Of a stretch of DNA of 64,000 nucleotides, positions 13,292-26,200 are shown one piece after another. Under the pieces are notes generated by a model that was given only the letters and a program-made list of their open reading frames with translations, was not told the origin of the DNA and did no database searches. Position 1 is the first letter of the stretch. Each line of letters starts with the position of its first letter. The stretch is from Bugula neritina (Eukaryota > Animalia > Bryozoa). The position numbers and the translations under genes were made by a program. The DNA lies in NCBI GenBank assembly GCA_964035545.1, contig OZ037767.1, positions 29,342,628-29,406,627 on the forward strand, given 5' to 3'.

Positions 13292-14714
13292 ACTTGGCTT
13301 TTGCACTCACTTGGAGAGAAACTACACTTTCTACAACTAAAGTAGTAAATACTCCCTTTGGTGCTTGTTGCTCTTCACTTAGAAAGACCGATTTTTATCT
13401 GATTACCAGATTTAACAGTAGGTAATTAGTAGAATACTAAAGCACTTTTTAAAAAAGTAAAATTTCGACTGTCCAAGCAAAATCTTACAATTTTCAAAAG
13501 CTTTATGTCACTTGTTGTATTAAAACAAGGCTTGAGACTTCTGAACCTACTTGGCATCAGAAAAATAAATATGTCATGTTAGAAGGGGACAAACGTGGCC
13601 TTTGAATGCGCATACAACTATTTGATACTTACACCATAATTTGTTCTAGAATTATTGTCTTTCTTTATTATAGAATACAATATTTACAGTGTACAATACT
13701 ATATTATTGGTTAAAATCACAAGCTTTCCAATGATGCAACAAGTGCTGGGTAGCAGACGACTCCAACTACAGGAAATATATTTTTTTCACAAATAGCAAA
13801 AACAAAGTTGTTGAAGACTGAGCACCCAGAAAAAGTGGAAGAGGTAAGTGCTAGTAATCACCTATAAAAACTTAACACAACAGCAAGACAGATCTGCAGA
13901 CATAAGAGTGAAATCTACATCACTGATGCTTAACATATCCATGCTGCATACAAATTTCTTGCACCACATATTTTGTGAGCTACAAGACTGTCAACTTTAT
14001 ATTGTTTTGCTTTTTAAAACTGAAAACTTAGATGTGAGAAACACATTGACCGTTATTCCGTCTGATTGGCTATCACTAATCACTACTTTATATCACATAG
14101 TATGAAACATAGTATGAAACATAGAGTGCTAGATTTGCTAGAAACATAATATAATGCAACAAGGTTCACCAACAGAAATTCACAAGTCATTTCAAATTAC
14201 AACCATTTAAAAAAACTTATCTATAAGAACTCAAGGCAGCTATCTCAAACTCAGATATTATAAAGCAAGCAGCATTTATAGAGAGAAATTCAGTTGGTAT
14301 AGTTTCAGTCAGATTCACATACTGATCCTGTCAATAAATTACTGTTGACTTGCAAACCTATTTATTTACTATGTCTATAGTTCCTTCCATTCACTTTTAT
14401 CTATGCTAGATATATCAATATAATCTTTAAATATAAATATTTAAGTTATTTCAGCAGGTGTAAGAAAGAGAGGATATAACTTCAGTAATAGTAATACAAA
14501 GTTTATTAGCAACATCTATATTTAATTCTATTATAACTATAAAAAGTAATATGCACCAAAATTAGTATCACCCAGTGGCTAGTATGTTGAACTTAATCAT
14601 AATCCAAATGTTTTAGCTTTATTACTATCACTCTCGCTGCAAAGATGGCAAAAATATTAAGTTTAAAAATAACTATACCAATAGCAATGGCCAATAGCCA
14701 AAGCTATAGGCATT

Positions 14715-15165
14715 GTTAATACTGATAGTCATACTGATAGTCATAGGGCAATGCAGCAGAAAATGACTATCAGTATCACTATGTCTATGAGGATGGCTAC
14801 CACAATTACTATGGTAGTGACTATGACTATCACTATGAGTGTGGGTATCAGTATCACTATGAGTATGACTATCAGCATGACTCATACTCATACTATGAGT
14901 ATCGGTATGAATATGAACTCACTATGACATTGGCTATGACTTAGTAATAGTATGAGTATCACCAGTATCACTGGTGAGCATGAGACTGAGTATCATAATG
15001 ATGATCATTATCATTATGATTATCATTGTAAATCAAAATGTAATTCTAAGTGTGATAATAAAATTGAAATTCAACAACATTTTGATTTACATCATCATTA
15101 TGATAATGATATTCATATTATAATTAACCATGTCTGATTAGTGATTATCATAATGATAATCAAAT
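14715..15165. repeat. Degenerate 3/6-bp-period low-complexity repeat (ACT/ATG/ATC-rich); a related tract lies at ~15705-15810
   Basis: Runs such as GACTATCAGTATCACTATGAGT and TATCATTATGAT; they generate the spurious His/Ser/Asp-rich ORFs 14673..14891 and 14952..15137. Confidence 0.8.
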
Positions 15166-16808
15166 ATCAGATGAGATAAGCTGGGACTTTTATTTGTTGA
15201 ATAAAAATTAACATTCAGAATAAATCGTTGTTATTTTCAAATAAATTTGTTTTGTTTTTGCCAATATCAATATTTTGTTTTAATAAAAAACAATAATGAA
15301 AAAAAAAGGAATTGATTATATTATGCGTTTTTTATGAAGGAAGGCGGCCTTGACATGAAATTGGCAAACCTCACCGTCATTGGACATCGAATATCCTATT
15401 AACTGCACATTTTACACACATTAACCAATTATTGTTCAATATGTGTTTCTACACAAAATTACAAAATCATATAACTGTCGTGGACCAAACTTTCGTCAAA
15501 TGACGGTTAAGATGCGATGCTATTTTTTAGCACGTGAATTATCATGAACACCAACTTGAAATTATAATTAGATGTTCAGGCAATTTATTTAGTTATATTC
15601 ATATTAGTAATACTACTAATAAATATTGATTATATTATGTATGTATGTGTATATGTAAGTGTAGTAAGTAAGAATTTGAGTTTATTTCATTTTATAACTT
15701 TCGGTACGAGTATCAGTAAGAGTAAGTGTTAGTGTAACTCAAACGGTGATACTCATACCGATACTCATACTGATACTGATACTGATAGTATCACTGTGAT
15801 AGTGATATAAATGATAAATTTGAAATATTTAATACTTATTAGTTATTTACAATTATTAAATTATGATTTTGGTTTTTTCTTTTAGAGTTTTATTTTAAGT
15901 TCAGCTTTTTGACATCAACTTTTTATTAACATTTATATTAATATTATTCTATTAATATTCAATTTAAATTTCATATTCATATACTAGAATTTCAGTTTCA
16001 AGTTTAATGATTTGATCCCACAATGACAAGAAGTTGAACATTCATTAGTTTTAATCATTATAAATATATTTATGTTAGTATTTATAAAAATAAAATACTA
16101 AATAGTAAATATTACGATGGTAAATTAATTACATTTGCGTTATAATTATTCTCTTATAGTTATTAATAATAATTGTACTATAATTAATTAATTATTGAAT
16201 TTTATTAATATTCATATTGTTAATATATTTAGAATTTATATTGTTGATATATTTTGCTAAATTTATAATAATTGTTATAATTATTACTTATTTAATTTAA
16301 TAAATAATAATATAATAATAATGTTGTGTGAAACCTTATTCTGCTTATTTGATGATAATTTACTACCTTTTAGTATTAAAAACATTAGTTCTCAATTGCA
16401 ACCAAAACACAATCTTAGAGACAAAGTAGAAAGATTTAACTGGTAAAAGTTATATAATAAAAAGTAGTAAAAAGTTCAGCACTGCAGTTTCACAAAATTA
16501 TGCGAGATATATCTCAGAAATTGTCTTCCTCAATTAGCCTACATTCATAATTGTGTTGGTTAAGAATTAAGATTGCACATTAAATACAAGTATGGGAAAT
16601 ATAATTTGTTACTTTGAGTCAATGAGGCTGTAAATTTATTCTCCTTTATAAAAAAGTTCTCTTATTAATTTGTGGGTAGTTTTTATCTGGGTGAGTTTTT
16701 TAAAACTGCAATATGTTTTCATGTGTATTCTTAATTTGTGTTTCAAAATTAATGTCTCTATTTTAGAAGAGGTGGCCTTTGATGGTAATCGTAACATTTA
16801 TTTCGCAG

Positions 16809-19800
16809 AGCTCATGGTTGTGTGCGGTTTTATAAATAGTGTCCAGTGGCTGCTACAACGGCAGCTACATATTTTTATAAAAGCAAGTAATCACTGTAAC
16901 TTCCAAAGAGCGATCTGCACATCAGCACCTTATTTCAATAAGCAGCTGACTTTAGTTGAAGCTCAGCAGCAGTGGAGACAAGATATCATTAACTGTTTGC
17001 AGCAGAAATTTCAAAGGAAACTATTTGGGTTCGAAAATGGTAACATAAAGGAAGTGTTTAGTGACTTCCTTGTCCCAACTTGCAGAGTTCTGGGCACTGA
17101 TAGATATATTCCTTTCGATCACGTGGACGTCTGCAAGACATTTAGGGACAGAAACAGTGAGTCATACAGGTTCCGGCTGAACAATCATGTAGAAAAGAAT
17201 TCTAAGCTGCCCGTTGAGGTTTGTTGGGCTGAGATGAGCGGGAAGTATAACAACATAATAACCGTAGAGGAAGTGCAAGCTCTACTTCCTCCAGCTGTGG
17301 CTAGTCTTTACAGTACCGACCTTCTTCGCAGCTACCTTCTGGCTACAGAGATGAACAGTTACTCAACATTTTACTTCAGTAAAGACGTCTTCGGTTAGTC
17401 AGTTACTGCCTATGTTCATAACGAAAGGTGCTTCTGTCAGGTTTAAAAACCAACAGCCAATTAAGTAACTAGTAGAAAATGCTTTAGTCTCGTTAGTTTG
17501 CCATAGTATCTGTAATCATAATTTTCTCTTTCTTTTATTTTTTGCTTTTCTATTTTTTTTTATTCGTCATTCCAAATTTATATCCGCTATGTTACAATTA
17601 CTGCACTGCGATCTTCATTCATTGCTTTTAGTTTTATTTGAATCTGATAAGTTTGGAGTTGTCTTTTCTTTTTAAAAAGCAAACTACTCCGACCCACATT
17701 GTGTTGTAGCCCAGCATTTTATTAAATGAACAGTGTGCTCTTAGCTTTGATGAAAGTAAATAATATTATAGTGAATCAGTTAGATGAGATCAGGGAGTGG
17801 CTGGACTCTCTGCTTCAACTGGTGACTCATGTAGCCAGTCTCAAGTCAACTCAGAATGTGCCGGAACAATGCGAGTTGTTGCGCATGAGAGATACTAAAC
17901 TGAAGATTCTTGGATATCTTGACTATTCTTTCAAACTCCCAACAGCTTTAGACTGGCTCCAATATTTAACCAATCAAATAAAGGTAGAATGTGACTGTAT
18001 TATATATTACTTCTATGTGCCCATTGGTCACGTCCATCTACTAAATAAATTCAAATTTAGAATTTAATAACTGAGAACGGTGTTGCTTGGTTGTAGAAGT
18101 TATCTAATAATTCAAGCATACCGCCTGCCTACATGTACAAAGCGACAAGAGATGTGTGTGTCATGTCGTCTGTGATGGCTCCTGCAACTGCTACTGTATG
18201 TTGGCAGTTGCTTCATACAGACACCTGTTGGGCAGGTAAGTATATAGCAACCTTGACTACTTGAAGAAACAAGTGTAAGCTACTTTCTATACCATATCCC
18301 TTTAAATGACAATATTCTAACTAATCCAAGCTTGTGTTTCTCACTAGAGCTGATTTGTATTGTCTAGGTTATCTTCCAGTAGTACTTGCTCTTTTATGTG
18401 GAGTTGCGATCTCAGACACACTAGTTTCTCGCTAGTAGTTGGATGCAGAGCAATAGATGTGAGGGTTTCGTCTCTTCTTCACACCAGTTTGACAAATATA
18501 AAACGCATGTAGACCTGAAATGCATTTTGTAGAGTACGCTGGAGGGGATCTAATTCAGCAGCAATGGCCGCCAGTATCCACAGATCACGACCGGTGGCCA
18601 TTTGTCTTCCTGTATCTCGACAGCACCGGGCAGCATCTACTTCATAGACGAGTTCTACGACCAGCAAGTATTCTGGAGAGATTGGATGATGAGATGCTGA
18701 AGGATATGGCTTTAGGAGTTAAACATTTTCAAAGAAAGTTTGGCGACATTGAGCCAGAGGTACAGTGTTGCTGTGTAGAGATAGTGTAGTGTACACAGTG
18801 TAAAGATAGTGTAGTGTACACTGTGTAGACGTAGTGTACACTGTGTAGAGATTGTAGTGTACACTGTGTAGACGTAGTGTACACTGTGTAGAGATAGTGT
18901 AGTGTACTCAGTGTAGAGATAGTGTAGTGTACACAGTGTAGAGATAGTGTAGTGTACACAGTGCAGAGATAGTGTAGTGTACACTGTGTAGAGATAGTGT
19001 AGTGTACACTGTGTAGACATAGTGTAGTGTACACTGTGTATAGGTAGTGTAGTGTACACTGTGTAGACGTAGTGTAGTGTACACTGTGTAGTGTAGTGTA
19101 CACTGTGTAGACGTAGTGTAGTGTACACTGTGTAGTGTTGTGTACACTGTGTAGTGTAGTGTACACTGTGTAGAGATAGTGTAGTGTACACTGTGTAGAC
19201 GTAGTGAACACTGTGTAGAGGTAGTGTATGCTGTGTAGAGGTAATGCAGTGTACACTGTGTATAGGTAGTAGTCTGCCATATTCCATGTTAAAACTGCTG
19301 TACTTAGACTTTGTGTTTGATTTGCAGTCTAGACTCACTAATTGTGTTTGGGTTTGAGTCCCTGTCCAAACATAACAGTCTCTAAGTGGCCCCTTTAATT
19401 AAATTAAAACAATAAGTTTACATGCCAGCAGTCCACATTAAGGGCATGGCTTCCTTCTAATCAGAACATCCTGGCTTTTACATACAATTCTTTCTGGTCA
19501 GTACACATTTACTTTTCTATTCAAACTCTTTTTCTTTATCTCCACCTTCATTCAATAGCACCACTTGTTGAGCTATTGTTTATTTTTACAGTAGATGTAA
19601 CACACAAGTGTCTAAAGCCCCAATTTTAGTATATTACCTTGTTCACTTTGTCTAAGCCTAACCAGTGTAACTTTTGCCCTTTTACCTAGCTGGTACATAG
19701 TCACATACCATTACCATTACATACATTGTACACATGTGTGCTGGGTATGTGCATGCATACATGTATGTACATATGTGTGCTGCGTATGCATGTATACATG

Positions 19801-20635
19801 TATACATGTATGTACATATGTATGCTGCGTATGCATGTGTACATGTATACATATATGTACATATGTATGCTGCGTATGTACGCACATGTGATACCAATTG
19901 CTGGTACATCAATCAAACACTTTCTTGGAGCCACAATGGGGTCAGCTTGTATATCATTTAACTAATGCTTTAAGATGGTCTTGCAGATAGAAGGTGTGAC
20001 ATGGCACATTGATAAAGTCAGCACGGCTGTTAGAGTGAGAGTCGCCGTCAAGACCTCCAGTGAACTGACTAGCAGACTAGCATATTTTCGGAGTCTGTGA
20101 ATCTGTTCAAATACAAGGTGCAATCCAGTTGGTCTTACTTGAATATGCATAGTAAAATCACTTGTAACAGATAGCTTTTAGCATTGCATTAGTTTTTTCA
20201 TGAATTTGTGACTTGAAGAAAAATCTGGACATCATGAGATACTTTCAGTCTGGTTTTTATACTCACTTATATTACAAAATGCTGGGACTAGTTCCACTGA
20301 GTTGAAGTTACAATGAGCTCTCGCTAGAGAAAGGTAATATTGAAGTTTGCTACACAATTCAAAGTTGTATTCATGCTTAGTGTAGGAGGCTACATTTTAT
20401 TAACTCATTTTAAGCTGTGTTGGATGTTACACATTTTAATGAAATGCATTCTTTTAGTGATTCGTTGAGCATTTAGTAATTTCAGACTGGCCTCTACTTC
20501 ATTCATTAATAACTTTCTTGTCAATGGTGAAATGTAACAAAGGTTTGTTGCAATAAATACTACACATTTGTTTACTTTGTGATCTGAATATTACAGGAAT
20601 TGTTTCTGGGAAGTTGGGGAAAGGTTAAAGACTAA
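16809..20635 (+). CDS. Divergent cyclin-fold-like protein; 3' part of the model does not join cleanly (possibly degenerate)
   Basis: Exons 16809(ATG 16814)-17393, 17772-17983, 18097-18235 and 18368- join in phase. They give SLYSTDLLRSYL / LLQLVTHVASLK / ELLRMRDTKLKILGYLDYSFKLPTALDWLQYL / GYLPVVLA, which follow the order of cyclin-box motifs. There is a TAG at ~18433. Further exon-like segments 18533-18759 and 20597-20635 have good splice sites but cannot be reached in frame. Confidence 0.5.
18772..19270. repeat. Minisatellite built from GTGTA blocks (units of 15/20/25 bp, e.g. GTGTAGAGATAGTGTAGTGTACACT)
   Basis: Directly visible; begins ~12 nt after the donor GAG|GTACAG at 18759/60; explains ORFs 18712..19338, 18729..19280 and 18908..19147. 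Confidence 0.95.
19720..19890. repeat. ~36-bp alternating purine/pyrimidine minisatellite
   Basis: Unit approximately CATGTATGTACATATGTATGCTGCGTATGCATGTAT, ~4 copies; explains the four overlapping ORFs at 19682-19965. Confidence 0.9.
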
Positions 20636-22311
20636 GGCTACGGTAATCAGTGGACGGAAGGTGAATTTGTTGGCACACGCTCCCTGATGGCTGAGCTAGC
20701 TTCATGATTTGATGGGAACATTCCGGTGTGGAATTCATTCACTTATGCAATACAACGTCACCTTTAAATTAGTTGAAAGCTTGTGATGTTATTTTTAGCA
20801 AGTTTTGTTATTTTAATAGATGAATGGGTGTAACAGTTTTGTTACAACTTTGTGTCATAGAAATTGAGCTAATTTGATTTTTAATTGGCTCATTGATTAG
20901 TCTAATTTGTAGCATTTATAGTATTTATGATAATGGAAACAATGGTTCTATTTTTGAATTTTCACATGATTATGATATTTGGTTATCAATGACAATTATA
21001 ATAGAAGTTTTTAGTATAAGCTTACATTTATATTGTGACGTTTCCTAAACTTAATGATGAGTTGACAACAATCCTTTCTGCAAACAATTTTTCATTCACT
21101 TATGAACGAAACTGGTTTAAATATGTATAAAAGTTCCATGGACCGATTGAAAGCCAGTTCTATCAAACCTGCTTTCTACCACAGCCGATGACAGCCAGCA
21201 ATTAATGTATAATGGAATCAGCAATATGTAAATAATAAAATCTGATACAGATACAAGTACTTTAATGTTGAAAAATTATTAGATAGGAAGTCTTACTTAA
21301 TCCCTGATTAGTCTAAGTTTCACTTTTAAGTAGAATCAAATTCTGACTCCATTGAGATAAATCAATTTAATTCGATGAATGGAGACTGTCCCAATAATTA
21401 ACCAACGACAATGATACTAGATTGGTCAATCCGGGGATGGTGTACTCAATAGCAGGTGATAAAATACCTCAAAGATGCTAATTTACTTTTAAATATAATT
21501 TATTGCAAATAATTCATAAACTTAAATCTCCAATCTAGTAATTAATTGATGAAGTTTTCAATTTGTGCATAGCTATTATATTGAAGCAATTACAAGTATA
21601 ATTTAATTAAAAGGGCTTGTTAAGATTTTAAGATAAATATTGTGCTACAAATAGCCACTAATAATCCTAGAGATAGATTTAATAAAATAACAGGTGATGC
21701 ACCTTTACTTTATCAAAATAATTTGCTTATAGTTTCCATTAGCTTCCCTAAACACAAAACTATGCTCTCTGTTTTTAATAATATTTCTAAATACCGGTAG
21801 GTTTTCAGTTTAGCTTATGATTTCGTTTCAACTACTGTTACAGAGTTGTTTTTTAAACAAATAGCATTCCTTTCAACATACGACACTTAACATATAATTA
21901 CAGTTGCTTTGTTAGTTAAAACAATGGCAGTCCTTAAAAAGTGTGTGAATTATTACATGCAATGTATTCATTAGTTCAATGAAACATCGGCTTAAAATCT
22001 TAAGAATGCGTTTGACTTGTAAGGTTGCAAGGTTACATGCTTCATACACGCATCCCCTTACTACTTCTTGTATTCAATTGGTTGTTTGTGGTGAAGTTAT
22101 TATTTAGTAATAAGACACCATTTAGTGTAATTAGGCCTACACTGATCCAAGCAACTGCACCATATAGTTTATGCTCTTTAACTCATTTGTTTCAAATATG
22201 ACGGGATTATAACTCTGGTAAGTAACTTTTTAACATCAAACTACCCAGTTTTATTTGCATATTTATTTTACCATTAATTTTGTAAATAATATATTCGAGG
22301 TTGTTTTAAGT

Positions 22312-22680
22312 CAGGAGTTTCAAACCAGAGATACTTTTTTCTTAGGGGAAATTTTGAACATTCAGGGAAAGCAAAGTTGTGTCTGATTCCTAATTTTTTG
22401 ATCCTGCAGTGTGAGTGTATTGCATGCCTGCTCTATTTTTCCACATGTTTCTGTTTCTACCATGTTATAAAGAGCAGCAACAGGAGTCTTAATAATTACA
22501 GGTGGACAGTTCTATGTTGTTTGTTAAATAAGAGATTTGTGTATGTATGTGCCAGTATACTTTTATAAAGAGAAAGTTTATAATTATAATATGTATTTAT
22601 TAGTTATGGTTAAAAGTGTAATTTAAACTTCTAAACACTTCCGAGGGGAGAGTAGATCAAGAAAAGGTTGGGAACCCCTG
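22312..22680. mobile_element. hAT/Charlie-like MITE (degenerate)
   Basis: Ends CAGGAGTTTCAAACC ... GGTTGGGAACCCCTG form an imperfect inverted pair; flanks TTTTAAGT / TTTTAGGC fit a decayed 8-bp TSD. Confidence 0.65.
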
Positions 22681-23059
22681 TTTTAGGCTGAATTATGTTG
22701 GCAAAAATTAATTTCACAGAAAATACTTGAGTATCAAACTATAATAATGTAGTAACGTATATTCTTTTTATCAGCTTAGTTCCTTCGTGTGTGTAGACAT
22801 GGCTTTAGTAATCTTAATTGATAAGACATAACAATTATATAGAGATACACTGAGCATCTACAATTACTTGTTTAATCTGCCTATTAAAGATAAACCCAAT
22901 TACTATAAGTCTATTCTTTCTTTAGTTGTTAGTCTTGCAGAGAGAGAGCAAGACATGAAGTAATTTAACAGCTGAACTACAACTACTAGATAGTATAATT
23001 ACTCATGTCTTTTTTTATTTGCTAGTAAAGCTTTTTGACTAGGTTAGCCAAAAGCTATT

Positions 23060-23175
23060 CATCGCTACAGGTAGTTCTGTAAGCTACATCATACATTGCC
23101 ACAGGTAACTGTGTAAGTTACATCACACATTGCTACAGGTACATGTAAGTTACACATTGCTACAGGTACATGTAA
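23060..23175 (+). repeat. Four-copy 27-34-bp tandem repeat, each copy with YACAG|GTA
   Basis: AG dinucleotides end at 23070, 23104, 23138 and 23165, immediately upstream of ATG 23195. Confidence 0.85.
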
Positions 23176-23194
23176 ACCTGTGAAATCAAGAGAC

Positions 23195-23275
23195 ATGAGT
23201 TACTCTGGTAAAGCTACTAAGAAGAAGTCATACTTCAGGCGTCATAGTCTGGATACAATACTCTTTCCTACGCAG
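23195..23275 (+). CDS. RhoGAP variable first coding exon A1 (MSYSGKATKKKSYFRRHSLDTILFPTQ), phase 0
   Basis: gacATG, 27 open codons, CAG|GTATGT donor; a possible non-coding upstream exon ends at 22217 (CTG|GTAAGT). Confidence 0.65.
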
Positions 23276-26200
23276 GTATGTATCTGTCTGTTTGTTTGTC
23301 TGTCTGTCTAAATACCTTTAATATACACTTTAATTGCTATTATTTAATATACTGCTAGCAAATTTTTAGTAAATTTTCTCAAAGTGTATTTAACTTAAGT
23401 TGCATAAAGCTGTTTTACCTTTTGGCAACCTACACTTTTGAAGGCGGTAATTGGGCAGCAGCTGTTTAAAGAAACATGTGTAATTGCGGACACAAAGGAA
23501 ATCACTCTAGTCATCTTTCTAGACAATGACATTTGGGTTGTTTGAGCTTCTGTTTGCTTAACATTATATTGCATGAGTGTTGGAGTTGTAAAAGATGTGT
23601 TAATGAGTATTAATGAACGCATCCTTTGGCAACAAGACCCTTTTAGTTTCTCACTGGGGGTGCAGGTCTATTTCATGCCCGAAGTATAGCATAGCCCAGT
23701 TACATGCACTTTATCAACTTGCACTGACTACATACTTAAACTTAGTAAGAGGACGTGGGTTGTTATCGAAAAATGCACCAACAATGCTGACTGACTATTA
23801 ATGTGAAAAATATTACTCCCAGCAATGGCTAATTTGGATATCAAGATAATAGCTAATTTTAACTAGTATTTAGGGAGAATGATGTACTCATTTATAGTCT
23901 ATTGCAGCTAAATAAATGCATACATCAAAAACATCGGACAAACACATTTGCCAACAAGGAAATTATTCTCCAATATTTCTGACTGTAGGCTCTTAGTAGA
24001 TTATGGGTGTCACTAATTGGGTAAATAAATAAAGTAGTATTATAGGATAATCTGATGGTGTTGTTTAAGCTGTGATCATAACGCTATTAATATAACTAAT
24101 GATGCATCTATGCCAGTGTAATGAGAAGCTTGTGGTCTGTAACAGCGTATATTGTGTATCCCAATGACCTCTCCAGTCTGCGCAGTATCTCTAGTGGGGT
24201 ATAGGAAAATGTTGAAACATAAATAAAGCACTCTGTAGTTCAACAAACGATAGAATATCTCATTCCAGAACTGGACATCTAGGTAAACTGAAGCATTAAA
24301 GTTTTCTAATAATCCTAGAGTTGAAATTTTTAAAATGGCCTTTCAAAGAAGGTGGCATAGGAAATCATGATGAGGAATTTAGGCCCCGTTTTTTGTAACT
24401 TTTTTTTCTATGGGGGTCAGTACAACGTACAAGTAGATATATTCTGTAAACTATAGCTGAGCTGCATTTGATGTCAAAGTCATTTAAACTGTATGATTTT
24501 TGTAGCTGAACCAACTATACAAAAATCTAATGTTAGTAGTATATATTACAGTTAGTCCGTATAAAAATGTATATGTACTTTAGTATTACTGTAGCGAGTG
24601 CATATTAAGAACATGTATTACTGCAGTAGTATTCCTGTATAGTTGTTGAAAAACTGAATATGGGCTTATTGTTATTGCTGGCAGCTATCCAGCTAAAGGT
24701 GCCAAAGACTCATTTCATAATTGCTTACACTTACATGGTTTTGCTCTCTCACATCAACTCACCTGAATTAGCAATCATAATAATAGTTACATAATTATTC
24801 CCAATAGAAATATCTCGGAGTTAATTATGTGAAGTTAACCATGATATTAGCATAAAATATTAACTTCTAACTCTACTCTTATGGGAAGCGCAGAATACCT
24901 CAAAAAGGTCTCCTTTACACAGGTACTGGCTGATAAGAAGGAGGGAATAAATGATTTTGTTACCACTTGGACAATATATTCCTAATAGTAAAAAACAAAA
25001 TTTAAATTTTATTAACATAAGTTGTGGTGTTTTCTACAAAAAATTCAATAATCTCACAGCTTTCTCCTACCTTTCTTTTTACCGGAACAACTTTCTCTGT
25101 AAAGTATATAGAGCTCTGTTATTTGGCTGGTAACTTAGTAGAAAAGGGTCCACTGCTCATGTCTAAGTAAGCTCATACTGCAAATTGAATTCAAACTATA
25201 ATGTACTGTTTTTTGCATAATGCTTTATTACCAAAGATTTTACTTAGTAAAGCTCTATGTTATATCTTGACATAAACTCCATTGATGAATGAGTGTTGGT
25301 GCTTATATGTAAAATAATGCTGCCATAACCTACCATTATTATCAGCTGAATTCCATACAGATAAAAAGAGCATCTATAGAAGCGAGTCTATTTAAAACAT
25401 TTCCTGTACAGCTGACAGCTAGTCCAGTTGGCTAGTTGGTCATTAATCTATGGTTTATGTCACGGATGTACTAGGATATACCACTACATTCATGGATTAT
25501 CAAATTTTCAAGAAGATTTTCTGTAAAAAAAGTGCAAAGTTTATAGCCTTTATCAAGGTTTTATATACACACATTTCTAGTTAGAGGGGTGAGAACTATA
25601 AAAAATGGAGTTGTTAGTTCAAAGTTTGTGTAGTGAGCTGAATTATGTTTTATATTTCATTAAAATTTTAACCGGTGCAGCGTGCTGTCACAAGAGCTTT
25701 TTCGGGGACTCTGGTTTGATCCTTCATGCCAGATAACTCAACAATTTTACGACATTTAGGAAACTGTAGGTGGACATAATAGGATTCTCTCTTCAAATAT
25801 TGATATTCTCTATACACTTTTCAATCTTTGTATTGTCAAAACTTTCCTCTATTGAAGGCAGCGTGCCCAGTATACTCTTTGGTTGGTCCATCAACACAGT
25901 TTCTAATTATTTTGTATACTCTTTGGTCCATGCAGAAACACATTCTCTAATTATTCTATTGATGTACAATCACTCAGTAATGCAATAAATCAAATATAAA
26001 AGAGTCTTTTATTGATTGATTAAGGTATTTAATTTTCAAGTTTTGTCTCCAGTGCTCCTGCATATTTACCTACTGAAAGTTTTTTTTTAACTTCATAGGA
26101 TACAAATATGTGCCTTCGGGTTATTTTTTTACCATTTATTATTTGTAATTTATAAAAAGAGAAGCAAACATCCTGTTTAATATACAGTACCATTATTAAA

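Noticed and set aside
14673-15137. His/Ser/Asp-rich 'metal-binding' ORFs
   Set aside because: They arise from 3/6-bp-period low-complexity DNA on both strands.
18712-19965. Long minus-strand ORFs (208 and 183 aa) and Met/Tyr/Cys-rich ORFs
   Set aside because: They lie within minisatellites and cycle through the same three frame-shifted peptides.
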